Source: Raillietiella orientalis (taxonomy: Eukaryota). From it: DNA of 64,000 nucleotides. Location: positions 1,550,001 through 1,614,000 of the forward strand of contig JAYWIR010000029.1 in NCBI GenBank assembly GCA_036172245.1, read 5' to 3'. Of this stretch, positions 26,009-39,740 are shown piece after piece (position 1 is the stretch's first letter; every line of letters begins with the position of its first letter). The notes below the pieces were generated by a model. The model saw only the letters and a program-made list of their open reading frames with translations, did not search any database and had not been told where the DNA came from. Both the position numbers and the translations under genes were made by a program.

Positions 26009-29000
26009 AATCTGCAAGTGAGAAGTGAGGGAAGAACATTGCAACACATGAACGTACACTGCGGAAGTAGTCGAAAAAAACTTCCTATAATCCACAGCTT
26101 GGCAAAAAAGCTACAGAGTGAACAAACCAAAACTCGAGAGGAGCAGTTTGAGCAAAATTTTAGGATGGCCGGAAATTTCTTAATTCTTGTCTTCACTTCC
26201 ATTGTCACTTTTTCCTGAAGTCTAAAGCAAATCCATTCGGTCCCAGTAGCGTCAGCTCATGTTGAGCTTGAGAACATAACGAATCTGTGGGACAAAAGAG
26301 AAGCGTTAGGCGCTGACTTGGACTCTTCCGATTCAAAGGCAATCTGTGTGCCTCGAAAATAACAGAAAGCTGCCAGATATCGAAGGTCTCGCCTCCGTTG
26401 TTCCATCACATGACTAGTCTCGTCTGTTCCAAAGACAGTCTAAAAAGAATGACACTAGGTAGGGTAGCTTCAAGGGTCTACTCAAACTAAGCAAAGCTAA
26501 CTCAAACTAAAGGGGATCGCCATGGAGGAATCGGTAGGCCAGTGCTTCATGATCATCGAATGTGCACCTTCTAATAGTAGGAAAAGTAGGAAAATAGTAG
26601 GAAAATGCACGGTATACATTTAGGATGCAATCGGCAGAGAAAAAATGTTCCCAAGAAGTAGTGAGTAATTCAGGCATCGGGATGCTAATGATGCATTGAA
26701 GGGTGAATATACAGCAAGGGTTAAGGGCACTATGAACGATCAAAGATGAAGTAAAAAATCTGTCTCACGATTTCCTAGACAGAGTTCAACACGAGAGTTT
26801 GTTTCTTCCCGGACTCTCCATCGAAGGTGTGAGCGTTGGATTATGATTTATTCGGTACACTTTGAGCCTTCACCCAGGGCAAGGACTGGAGAGCCGTGCT
26901 GAAGATTTTAAAAGGTTATAGATCCTAATATTGCTTTCTTAAAGAGACAGATCATGGAAAGAGACTAATGAAAAAGACATGTACGGAACCCTGTGAAGAA
27001 AACATTCAAGTTAATACAGTATCGGGCATGGTTCTGTAGACAGGATATGATGGTGAAAATCTGCCTTCAAGACCTCGCCTTTTGTGCTTCTCAACTCATG
27101 GAGATGTTGTCCCTGAACTCAACCTACCGCGGAGACAGATTTTCAAAATACCATACACATGTGAAGAAAGCATGTGTAAAAACGAAAATTCATGTGCTAG
27201 CATAACAGTTAAGATAGAGAAAAACTAAAGGACAGTACTTGAGAAGTGAGAAGTGAGAAGAAAGTAGGCAGAGATAGTAGGCAAGAGTGCAGTATGGGAA
27301 AAAAATGCTTTTGAAAGATAAGAGCACAATACATTCGGCAGTGAAGTAGGAAGAAAATCTGCAACAAAGACTATGTGAAGCTTCATTCTGAAGATCGTAA
27401 ACTGAAATACACACTTACTAATCATGCATTCTTTGGATTTATTGTTAAAAATCATGCATTGGCAAGTGACAGTTTTCTATTCTGCATTGATAGATAGGGA
27501 AATACCCATCAGAAACCTTCCAGATTAAATTGCAGAGATGGCAACAGGCGGCGGAGCGACATGAGGATACCAGAAGAAGGCATTCTTATTAACTTATTAA
27601 GCAACACCTCTGGTGTTCTGGAGGCAAGATTCGTATTAATGTGGGTCTATCATTCAGGGTGCCCTGAGTAAGAAAAAATTCAGCTGGAGGTTATGCAACA
27701 CCATGACTGGATTCCGAGGCATCTCCTCGAGTCAGCTTTCGATCACAAAAATCTATTCTCAGAGTCTATTGAGTCTTTTGAACTGATCCTTCATAAATTA
27801 GCCATCCTTATGAAATTGCCGCTCTAATCAGTGGTTCCAAGGAGCAGTGAAACGCGCTTTTGAGAAATCACTTTGCAAGCTACGAGAAAATGTGCTATCG
27901 AGCACGACGAAGCGTAGGAAAATCCAAGACCCTACACACAGTGAATATCTTCGTGGGCAAACGAACTCCTTTTTTTTCCCTTTCTTTCTGGCAACCACCG
28001 AGAATCTGCATGAAGCAGAAAGCTTGCTGCTAAGCCCCGACCAAAGCAGCGAATTGATGGCACAACAAAAGTTGAAAATCTACCGCGGAATACAGATAGA
28101 AATTCCTTCCACCTTATTACTGTTGAAAATATCAATAAGCACACACGGCTACAATATACAATGTTTCAGTTGCTATCGTAAACACAGAAACTGAGTAGGC
28201 AGAACAATGTTACAATGTACAATCCATTAAGACAATTCTAAGATCAAACAATCATCAGTATCGAAACACTTCTGAGCGAACATATCCATTAGAGAATGAA
28301 GATCGGATACGAAGACTTCCGATTCCCTAAAAGAATGAGACTATTTAACTTGCAGCGAAATTTGAAATTCTCACACACATTCTCTTCATACGTATTAATA
28401 CGAAAATCGAAAATACCTCCTCGAGTATTGAGGAAATTACATTAGTTTGCCTGCCCTGAGACTTGACAAAAAATTCAGCTTTCTTGTCAGCAGTTTGTAC
28501 GTAAACTGACAGTCTGCATGTAGCAACGATGTTTTCATACAAACCATAAATTATATACTTCTAAAACTTACATTCTAAACTTACATGGATTATGTGAAAA
28601 GAAAACAAACAAAACAAAAAATATTGTAGAATCAGCTTAAACCATTACTTGCATCCCTCGTACTGTTGTAAATTATTTATAAAATGCAGAGATTATGAAA
28701 CTGATTAAAAAACATAACAAATGACAATTGTTACTGATGATAATGATAACTGCATTTCATACTGTTTACGCCAAGGAACTTAACAAGACAACGAGAGTAA
28801 GCTCACTCAAAGGAGGATTCGCTTAGAAAGACGGGGGGGAAAAAGAGGCACCTGGGATGAAAGTTTGTTGCCCGGTTACAAATTTTTATAAATTTTTTGA
28901 TTCAAATTTCCAACCAAAACGATTAACAGAACTAAGTTTTTAAAAGGAGGGAGTTTCTTTCTTTAGCTGTTTAGAAGCACGGCACTATCGACTTAATTAA

Positions 29001-32000
29001 GTGAATAGTCTACCAAAAAAAACTGTGAAAGACAGAGATGATCTGCACTGAAAATACTTCTGCTGGATGCAATTTTTGCAAGTAACTTCCTTGAAATTGG
29101 AAACCTTCCTTTTTATATGAACGATTAGCTGAACCAACGCTTTGCATCCCTCTGCACTGCTCGAATATTAATGAAATTCACATAAGTTAGATATTTTGGC
29201 GACGATGCATCTCATGCGAATTTTATCGTAAACCCTGAAGATTCCAGCTGTGGGATCGCTGTGTAATAACTCCAGTTGTGGAGTTATTTGGCTTTGACAG
29301 TCTCATCATTCTCCATTATGCCCCTCGTCTTCCAACTCTTTCTTTTCGATGTAAACACCTTGTTCTTTCTTTCAAAGAAAGATACTTGAATGCCGTTCCA
29401 TTTCATCTTATGCATGGAAAATTCTTAGCCTAATTTCGTATGTGTGCAAGACAACTTACAAGTCCCAAATTTCTGCAAACCAATTCAAAATCCACTGTGC
29501 ATACCAAAGTTACTTTACTTTTGCTATGGTTCCAGCAACCGATATCAGCCCTGCCAAAATCAAAGGGACCCACGGAAGATCTTTACACCAAAAAACGAAA
29601 TTCACTGTTAATAATTATTAAAAAGATTAAAGTAACATTGAAAATAAAAAAAAAGGTAGCCAGGTAATCGAAAACCACAAAAACAAACACAACTTTAAGA
29701 ACAAAGCATAAAGGCTTGGCTACTGCCCCAGTATGTTGCAGATTCTCAGCTAGCACATACTTTCTCTCAGTCCATGGCGGCTTTACAACTGACATTCGTG
29801 CATCCTGAATTACTTCGATCCTTTGCAAACTCCCTCTCTTGTCTACTTAACAAGTACCCCCTGTCAATTTATCTTGAATCCATAAATGTATTCATGAAGG
29901 TATATAAGACAAACAACTCTTGATTCAACAGTGTAAGTAGTAATTATTAAGCATATGAACTCAGCTGATGCTCTAGCAAATTAAGCTTACACCTTCCTAC
30001 GCCTTATTTTGGAGTAGAGCTCACAAAATGATATTACTGATACACAAACGGAACGATCCCTGAAATTGTGTATGAATAATTACATAGTTTTCACTCTTTT
30101 TGTAGGTGCAACAACGTTGCAATTGAGTTAATCTTTTTGATTAATGGATATAGCCTTCCACGACTACACTGGATTTTAAAATCTTTCAATGTTTAAATTA
30201 AAAGTTTAACTAGAGTACATGACATGGAGACTGAATGAAAAGACCCTGAATATGATCTAAAAATCTATTACATTTGTGCCTTCAATTTAGAGAAGGCCAA
30301 AAATTTAGTCAAATATTTCAAAATTTGTTTGTATTGTTCACTGATGTGAAGTTCAGTTCTGTAAAGATAGCACATATTATCTTTGGGTATTCTAAACATT
30401 AACTCCATTCTCTTCATTAGTACTTCCAAGAGTTTTGCTTAAGCTACAGACACTTGTTTAAGTTTCAAACATATTAACTTTAAGAACTGCACTGCAATGA
30501 TCACTTCAATTGAAGTGGTTTATTTAAAGATAAGCTATTTTATCATGGTTGCTCCAGATGTATCTCGTTGCTCTGATTAATGGATATATCTATGAAATAT
30601 TACTGAACCATAATGTATGTCTTGGGCATACTTCTGATATGAAAAATATACCCTAGTCCTCAAGGATCATAGTACTGTTGTTTTTCCTTTCTTTTACCAA
30701 CTCCTTATCATAATCTTGCATTTGTTTGTAATAATTATTTTGTGTCAACTTCCTACTAGTTTAGTTGGCCCATTCAATTCCAGAAATGTTCATAAAATGC
30801 TCTCAAGTTCTTAACACTTCAATAAAGAAATAAATAACACAAAAATGAATACGCAGTAATGGTTGCAAGAATATGTGACATGAAGAGAAACAGATTTGCT
30901 TCACGAATAAGTAAAATAAGGTTGATTAACAAAAACTGAAGTTCCAAATATCTTTGAGTAAAACATGGGGAAAAAAAAAACTTACAGTAATTTTCTAATT
31001 ATGTAGTTTGTTAAATCTTGGAACATACTCTTAGGATTAATATACACCCCCTTTATGCAAAGAAAAAAACCATTGCAAATCATTGTCTTATTCTGACACT
31101 CAAAGATAATACATGTTCTTAGATTATACCCTGTAAGTGACTGATGAAGATTTAAGTTAAAAAATTTAAATCTCAATGATCAAGACTTCACAAACAGATC
31201 AAATTTTTAAGAATTACTGTCTTCTTTGGGAGTACTCAAGAAATGCTGCAATACAGAAACTTTCAATCTCTAAAGCTATACTGAATCCCTTCTCTCAGGA
31301 CTGACCAATGTTCCACTTGCTCATAAAAAATTCCATAATGCACACCGATGGTGCTCATCCCATACACTAGAGTGTTTAACTTAATAATCAGTTTTACTAT
31401 GATTAAAAATCTGCAATATGCTGCTGTGGCTCCAAATTTCATCAGTTTCCCATTTGGAATGCCAACAATGAAGGCATAATGAAACAAAGATTCCTAACAT
31501 CCTTTGCAAATCCATACTGTGCAAAATATGGAAACATCATAGAGAACAATTTTCTATAGATATTCAGATGATGCACATTTGTGTTTATCATATGTCACTA
31601 TTTTTCTGTTATAAAATTACAATTGATTAATAAATAATTTTGAATCTCTATGGAACTGGATTTCATCTTTATTGAATTTATCCTGGAATCAGCATTTTTT
31701 TTTAACATATATGTCTGACTACACAAGTGTTTAATGCAGAGATTACAGTTCACATGAAGTGTATGTTTTTTTTCATGCTTAGCAAACAGATACAAAACAG
31801 ACCTAAGCAATAGTATGAATTCTTTTGAGTGGATGACAACGCATGATGCATTTAAAACACAGTTGCTTCACAAAAGAATGAATACAAACAAACAGTTCCA
31901 ATCAATACACATATAGCCAATGTATGTATGCAGCCAGCTTTGTTTATTTTTTATTTTCAGGTTACAATAGAAGGCAAAAATGAAACCGAATGGAAATGAT

Positions 32001-33364
32001 GGATCATTTTTAGGAAATAACAGAAAAAGGTACAGAGAAGATGTTTATAAAAACAAATAATTCAAATTTTCATTTCAAAATAATAACTTCATATTACTTT
32101 ATATAAAAGATGCATGCAGGATGAAAGTGAAGGCTAAGAATGCTACACCAAAGTACATTATATATCATATGATATAAAAATCCGGTGCAGCTTTAATGTT
32201 CATTGTACAATATAGATCATTATACAATGAATTAATATACCTTGTTCTACTCAGCCATTCAAATTGGAAGGAATCGCTTTTCTATGCGATTTCATTGCAA
32301 AATAATGCATGTTATGTTTCTGAAAGTCTGTAACTGATGGAATGCCACTGATAGTTTAACAAGGTCGTTATTTACTTGCGAAGAATACAACTTCAAATTT
32401 GGGGAAATCTTCTCGCATAAAGGAGATATCTAATAGAATTTACACACTATAACAGTGTGAGAAAAACAGTATTCAGCTTTAAGCAGTTACTACAAATGCA
32501 TTCATTTACTGAATTATCCCTGGAAATTAATCCTAATATCGCACTTTACAGACCGAGACAATGAAAACTGCAATACAATTACTTACACCCTGGGGATTTA
32601 CAACTACATATGTGAAAGTGATGCTGGAACCAGTACTATCAAACAGCATACATGTATGCTGAGAAAAATAAAATGTATTCTATTCACTCGCGAAATGGAT
32701 TTATGATAGGAAATATGACATAGTTCATTGACAAAATGGCAGAAAATGCAGGTATAGAAGTAAGGATATTCAAGGTTTGATGACTTAATGAAATGATGAT
32801 TCCAAATCTATAAACGTACAAATCTAGGTAACATGCAAAATAAAAATCCCAAACCATTTTCACAAATCTACCACAATGATCAGTTTGTTGGGCATCCGTA
32901 CTCTGAAGCACCCAACTGTCACAAACTCTGATAAAAGTATAATGCTGAGAATGAAGAAATGGAATTTCATGAGACATCAATTTTTCCGGCTACGCTTTCC
33001 CTGAAAATTACCATCGAAAACGAAAGGTCAAAATTTTTCAGGATTTCTTGAAAATTAATAATGGAAACAGTCTTCATGCATATTTGAATCATGAATGAAG
33101 TAGTAATTGTGAAGATTTCCCTTAGGAATAATTACGAAAGCTTAATTACACCAGAAGGGTTCCTGCTGAAGTTCACTTTTCGCACGTGCAATATCAATAA
33201 GCTGGTCGTTCAAAGGTACAGGCAAGTCCTATCGAGACGTCAATAAAGTAGTCACAAACATCACAATCAGTAGGTGAGCCTGACCTTGCAACGAAAAGTA
33301 GGGTCCGTGCCCTGAGAGAAACAAGAACCTACTTTGGTACTCACTTTTATTTCTATGATTATTC

Positions 33365-34399
33365 TTACAAAATATGTTGGAAGTGAGCCCCCTGTGAATC
33401 AATACATTTCTGTGCCCGATTCATCATGTTAAAGTACACAGTACGCAAAACGGTAAAGTTAATCGCCCTGATGGCGTCCTGAATATTCTTTTTCAGTTCT
33501 TCTAAAGTGTGGGGATTTGCATCGTAAACCATCCCCTTCAAATACTCCCACAGAAAAAAATCACACGTGGACAGATCAGGGGAACGTGGGGGCCACAAAC
33601 CTCTGCTGACAGTTCGTTCCTCTGTGAAAGCCTCGTGAACACGAGCTAGTGAATCACACGTATGACGAGTTGTTCCATCCTGCTGGAAGAAGCAGTTCTC
33701 ACGCTCATTATCAGTTAGCTGGGCATAGAACTCGTCAAGAACCCTGAGATACATCTGTGTGTTCACAGCCTTGTCAAAAAAAATCGGACCCACGATACGG
33801 TTCCCAGAGACGGCACACCACACCCCGACTCTCTCATCGTGCAGACGCTCCTCGTGTAGCCGGTGGGAGCCTTCTGCGCACCAATGGCTGGTGTTTTTGG
33901 AATTCACGTCGCCAGACAAATAAAACCACGCTTCGTCACTCATGAAGTATAGGAATGGGTCCAAGTCACCATCCGCGATCTTGCCAAGAAGCCAGTGGCA
34001 GTAGCTCACACGTTTCGCCTTGTCCGTCTCCTTCAATTCCTGTACACATGTGACACGATACGATTTCAATTTCAGGGAATGAAGTATTCGGCGGCATGAT
34101 GTGTACTTCACACCACTTTGCTGTGACAATTTTCGTACAGACTCTTTGGGACTTGCTAAAATCCTCCGCTGGATGTCGGCCGTGGCCTCCGGGGTCCTCA
34201 CAGTTGGTACTCTGCGTCTTTTGGCATTCGTGACGGATCCGGTTGCATGCCATTTCGCAACCAAGTCCTGTATGCTGCTCTTCGCTGGAATGCCAGACCT
34301 AGGAAACCTATCAGCAAACGTTTCACGTGTTTCCTTAATGGATCGCGTGCGCACATAAGTTTCCACTAAAGCGATCCTTTCATGCAGAGAGTATGGCAT
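33365..34399 (-). CDS. Intact Tc1/mariner-superfamily transposase (DD41D/rosa-related, DUF4817-type HTH N-terminus), ~344 aa from MPYSLHER; possibly domesticated
   Basis: Uninterrupted ORF with catalytic motifs FMSDEAWF, FFQQDG and WPPRSPDLSTCDFFLWEYLK, plus VWCAVSGNRIVGPIFF and a C-terminal GAHFQHIL*. There are 38 residues between the 2nd and 3rd Asp. No matching TIR pair seen by eye. Confidence 0.9.
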   Translation of the reverse strand: MPYSLHERIALVETYVRTRSIKETRETFADRFPRSGIPAKSSIQDLVAKWHATGSVTNAKRRRVPTVRTPEATADIQRRILASPKESVRKLSQQSGVKYTSCRRILHSLKLKSYRVTCVQELKETDKAKRVSYCHWLLGKIADGDLDPFLYFMSDEAWFYLSGDVNSKNTSHWCAEGSHRLHEERLHDERVGVWCAVSGNRIVGPIFFDKAVNTQMYLRVLDEFYAQLTDNERENCFFQQDGTTRHTCDSLARVHEAFTEERTVSRGLWPPRSPDLSTCDFFLWEYLKGMVYDANPHTLEELKKNIQDAIRAINFTVLRTVYFNMMNRAQKCIDSQGAHFQHIL

Positions 34400-37300
34400 T
34401 CTGGGGAACGGCATAACCACTTAATATACGTTCAAACAGTTGTCGACTGGCAAGTAGCTGACCTTGAAGGGACCTGACACAAGAGGCTGAACTGTGCAAC
34501 GCTACTCTTTTTACCTGAAATGAGTTGATGTTACCTCGGCTTATTACATACGCTTCAGTACGTTACAATCAAGCTTGAGACGGGCAGGGTTTAAGTGCCT
34601 CACTCAGTGTAATGTTAAAAATTCCCTTTCGCAAAACTTCATCCATCCAACAGAGCGTATGCTCATTGAGATATTTAAGAATATGATACAATCTACGAAC
34701 AGTCTAAGAAAATTATCGCATAACGAGTTTTACTTTTTCATTGATATCTCATTATGTTTGTATCTTTTAAAACGAAATGGTTTCATGTATGTGCAAAACT
34801 GTGGTCATATACAGAGATACCAGAAACTACACGTTTTTTTTGCTGTTCAATGACAATGAATGCATAGACAAAGCTAAAACATATCTGAAATTACATGATT
34901 CTTGTAAGGCTGGTTATCCTTACATGCACTACGCGGCCTGCAATGGCTACATTGCTGAAGTGAGATTACCGTATCGAAGTTATATAATCGTAAAATGGGG
35001 AAAGGTGCAATTTACAGCACGTGACATCCTTACTGACTGCTGCGTACTGGATTTCACTTTCAGAGAATTTCAGAGCATGTGCAATTCTTGATAACGAATT
35101 TCAATTGTGTATTTGAACGCCATTTATGCATCCAAATGATGTAATCAATGAGGAATTCAATTACGAAATTGGTAAACAAATGAGTCTGGATACTTAAAAC
35201 TACACCAGGAATTATTATTATTATTTTTTCTAGTGCTACAGATTTGCTACCCAATTTTTTTCTCACTTTACCAAGCAGTACTCTTGACTGCAAAACCTTT
35301 AAGATGTTTGCCATAAAAGACCCTTCATAAATGATTAGAAGTGTTGGTATGCTCATATGTTGGTTCTTGAAATCGAAACAATTCAAAGCATGACATTCAT
35401 CACTATACTTTCCGGAATGTCAACTGAGTTGCCCACCAGGTTAATTCGTTTTCCCATTTGGACTTGTTTGAAATTGTTCAGCAACAATTTATCAACACTT
35501 TCACACATTGCAAATGACGGTGGTGATGACCACAGTTAGAAACCACCGAAGTTCTAGAAACATTAGATTCAAAAACACGAAGGTTCGCGCTGTGTCGCAG
35601 GCAGAAATCCAAACCAAATAAATCAGTTACTGGATGTGGAATGGTTCCTTCTCACAGCAGGAATTGTTTGTTTCAGCAACTCTGAGTAAAACATCTAGTG
35701 CAAGGGAAAAAAGATGAAATGGAAACAATTAATTTTGGGAAGTAGTTATCTTTGAAATCCTTGCTTTACACTCTATATTCTACATTTGAGGTGTTTCGGA
35801 TTAAGAGGAACAGTTCCACACGTTTGAGTTATAAAAGCAGTACTTTGAAGAATGACAGGTCACGAATGGAGAAATCTTTGATGATTTTCTAGGAATGGAA
35901 AATAGGTATACAAATCATGTACTAAATGATTGTTTGGACTGCATTTCAACTGATAAGGAATTGCGCATGGATCAGTGGATCCATGATTCACAGTCAGCAA
36001 ACAAAATATGATCTGCAAATACTTTAGTAAAACTGTCTTCTAACATAGAAAGATATTTTTCAGTGGATATAAGCCAGTGGAATTGTATGTAATATTCTTA
36101 ATACTTCTGGCAATCACGCGAACTTTAATTCTCCTGCAAACAGTGCTTTGCAATTTGAATAAACAAATAATAAAGGGAAATAGATGTTCCCTCACCTGCG
36201 TAAATGGATCGAAATGAAGATTCCAAGAGAAAATCAGTGTCAACTGAGTTGGAGATATGAGTTGGAATACATAACATTGGATCTCTTAATAAAAAGCTTA
36301 ATTCTGCAGTCTTGACGAGGTTAAATAAATAAAAAATCATGCTTTCATTAACAAAATCTAGAATAATCACACACAAAAAGGAATAGGCATCATTCATCAT
36401 AAATAATATCCTCATCCTTTGTTATTTAAAGCTTTAGGATAAATACTTCGATATTAGTATACTCATTTAATTAAACGAATACTTTAGCAACTCATTCTAG
36501 AACGAAGATGTTATTACTCTGGAATCAGATTTTGCATAATTCTGTGTAGAAATCGTTCTTTTTAATAAATATCTACTGTTTGTTCTTGTTTCTTCATGCC
36601 TAAAAATTTTGTTTAAAAATGTTGATTATTTTGACATGCCTTAAGTTTGAATGTATTCCATTCTCTTTACCTAGATTCATTTTATTTCCAAAATTAATCT
36701 TGCAAAAAATTCCACATGTGCAACTTTTCTCGACTTTCCTTTTCATGATATGAACAACTTAAATATTATTCCTCTTTTAATACATTTAAGTGTATTAGTT
36801 TCTCGGCACTAAGCATACTCTATGCCGTTAATAAAGGAAGAAATTCATTAATTTTTGATGATCTGCGAATCAATTGTTCATCATGAATTTCAACCAGTTG
36901 ATTTATCGAAATATATCAGATGTAACTCCAAATCCGAAACTGATTACTAAGGAAATTTTGTCTAAATCCTAATCTAAAATTGCAATTATGAATAGATTTA
37001 TTGGAAGTGTATTCAAAGAGCACGCATATGCTTTTATATATATTGTAAACAAAGAATGCTCTAAAATATAAAGGGGTGTTTTTTTAAAAGATCATGGAGC
37101 AGTGATCGACCTTATTACAATGTGAAGAAGATCTTATTATTAGTAAATGAAACGATAACTTTTTCCTTTTCTTAAAAAATACCGTGAGATATCCCAAAAT
37201 GTGCTGAAAAAAAACAAATCATCAAAATTTTCAAAGTTTGCTGCACGGAAAACTAACCATTGCATTAGTTTTCAGTATAGCAAGTTGTTTCAGTTTTGTC

Positions 37301-38488
37301 TCTTATGTGAATATTTCGATAAGGAACACAGTAGCACTAAATGACGCTTTGGCGCTTTAGTATCTTGCAGAGTTAGCTCATCACAGCTACAGGTTATCAC
37401 AGAAAAAGTCAATCAACAGGGATTCGATAAAAGGACCACATTGCAAAATAAAATCTTAAAACAAATGTGGTACCCGCTGAAGTTGGAATAGAAACCTAGC
37501 TTTCTTTTCGGATCTTTAAAAGCTTGCCTCGTTTACGCTCTACGTAAATGTATTTTACATTTGAACGATTAGTGATTCTCTAGGTAAAATTTAAATAGAG
37601 CACATAAAGGATGCAGAAAGCTCGTTTTCCTGTGTTGAAGATTCATCAATTTTTCAAATTAAAAGTGATTATGTTTATGTTTATGTTTTTTATTCATGAA
37701 AATCGGAATTGGAAATTCGAAAACTCTTAGAAAAATTATACAGATAAATATATTATGTTTTAACAAAAAATTGAAAGAACAGTTTTCTATATGTTCCCTT
37801 CTGGGCATATTTCACGCACAAGCATTAAGTCCCAAGTATTCCGATATAGAAGTAATCGTTGTTGATTATAAAAGTTTTTCTAACATACTTTTCGAATACA
37901 TTATTGCATACTCATCTTTATAATTTTTTAAAAAACTTTTTGTACAAATTTCTGCCGAACCTTGCTTTGAGGAGTTTAATTGACTATTTCATCATCTGTT
38001 ATAAAACTACTGTCTCATGTTCTATGCAAATTGTACAACCTTTGAACAAGTTCAGACATTTTGAGAGTATACTTATTTTAGGGAAAGGCAGAAAATAATT
38101 CTTAATTTGATGCGATCAATTCAAACTTCATTGACATTTCACTTTCCTCCGTACATATATGTAAGACTGCGTTAATCATTTACTAGTCCACTAACAATTG
38201 CATATCCTGGGTTCTTTACCTAAAATCTGCATTTAAAGTATTGAATATTCGTAACGATACATATATTCTTTTGAAATCAAAAGTCTCCAAATATCTAATT
38301 TCCATGCTAACTTTTAATTAAGGGCATAAGTTGATGTGCTTGGTATCTCTTGTTTATAAAGCGTATTCGCCTCGGTGTGAAAACTTGAGAACAGAAAATC
38401 AAGCTTTGCAAGATGCTTTGATTTGAAATCAAAGGATATAGCGTTGTGCACTCACAGCTGAAGATCCTTTACATCAAGACCCCTCAAC

Positions 38489-39135
38489 ATGGTTACGGCC
38501 CTGCAAAATATTGAGACCCAGTTGGAAGTTTTCGTTGAGAATATCCGTCAAATTGGTATCATAGTTAGCGATTTTCAGCCGCAAGGACAAAGTGTTTTAA
38601 ATCAGAAAATGTAAATTATGAAATTAATTCCCAAGTTTTAATAGTGTTGTAATGTATACTCACAATGTGCATATATGCTTGTTTATCTTGGATGAGTCTA
38701 AAAGTTACATTTGTAAATAATGGTGTGATTGTAAACTTGTATGTTGAAGTTTTATAAAAACATGTTTAATCATGTGATTTCTGAAAACAAATTGATGAAT
38801 TTTAGACAAACAATGATTTATGGGATGCAAGAGTTAGATAAACTGAAGAACCAAGTGCAAGATATTCAAGTTCCTCAGGAAGTATTTGAGTGAGTAGTGC
38901 TATATAATCGATACTTCTATCCCAAATTGTTAGCTATATCGATAATGGACGGAATCCACAACTTTACACCAAAGACTGTATGGAAAAAACTCTAAACAAA
39001 AATGAACAGGTGAAAGGCAAAATTGATGCCTACAGGAAGTTTCGAGCCCATCTGATGTTGGAATTATCCCAGTCTCTGCCACAGGAAATGGCTAAGTACA
39101 GGACAGTGCGACCTGTAGAGGAGGTGGACTCATGA
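38489..39135 (+). CDS. MED10: Mediator complex subunit 10, 135 aa. Exons 38489-38610, 38806-38889, 38934-39135
   Basis: Spliced peptide [105 protein letters not shown]... matches MED10/Nut2. Canonical splice sites; AATAAA at 39143-39148. Absent from the ORF track. Confidence 0.96.
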
Positions 39136-39171
39136 TCAGATGAATAAACATATATTCTTTTATAAGCAGCA

Positions 39172-39740
39172 TCATCCAAATGACTATAATAAATATGAGT
39201 TGAGGCAAGTGTTAAGAAGATTCTCACAGGCTGTGGGAAAGATGGTTTGAGTCTTAATTTGCCCATCTCATCACATGTCATGTTGAAGTCTTCTAGCACC
39301 AGCCGAGTTCTGGCAAGGATAATTGATGGAGCTACCACTCTTTTATGGATACCAATAAGGAACAAGAACACTGTAAAGAGATACAAAACTCGCACACTGG
39401 ATTCAACATGCACAAACCCAAGACAGTGGCAGAAAGGGTGAAAAACATATGATTCAATAAGGACTGGTAAAAGGACACTTGAGAAGTAGCTGGATCAATG
39501 AGCCACTGCCACGCACCCATGGCAGTACACATGGATGTAACAGTCAGCACAACTGGAATGAACTCATCAAAGGCACACAGTTGTGGTTAGCCTTACTTCT
39601 CCATCTTTTGCATACAGGTTGTAAAAATGCTATCACTTCCACCAGGCGACGCTCAAATGCTTTCAAATCTGCAAAAGCTGTTGTGCAATGTTAGACAAAG
39701 TTACACACACAACAAACGTCCTCTAACCTTCACACTCCAT
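39172..39740 (-). CDS. CNEP1R1: Nuclear envelope phosphatase-regulatory subunit 1 (TMEM188, Spo7-like), ~124 aa. Exons (minus): 39740-39728, 39668-39597, 39552-39418, 39370-39228, 39183-39172
   Basis: The spliced peptide [31 protein letters not shown]...[20 protein letters not shown]...[37 protein letters not shown] matches CNEP1R1. Introns are 59, 44, 47 and 44 nt; the last exon (SFG*) is inferred. Confidence 0.94.

Noticed and set aside
33023..33030. NBRE (AAAGGTCA) as an NR4A target site
   Set aside because: A single 8-mer is expected by chance in 64 kb.
31044..37085. Mariner-TIR-like motifs (ACACCCCCTTTAT at ~31044; ATAAAGGGGTGTTTTTTT at ~37068) as ends of the transposase element
   Set aside because: They are short, imperfect, kilobases from the ORF and face outward rather than inward.
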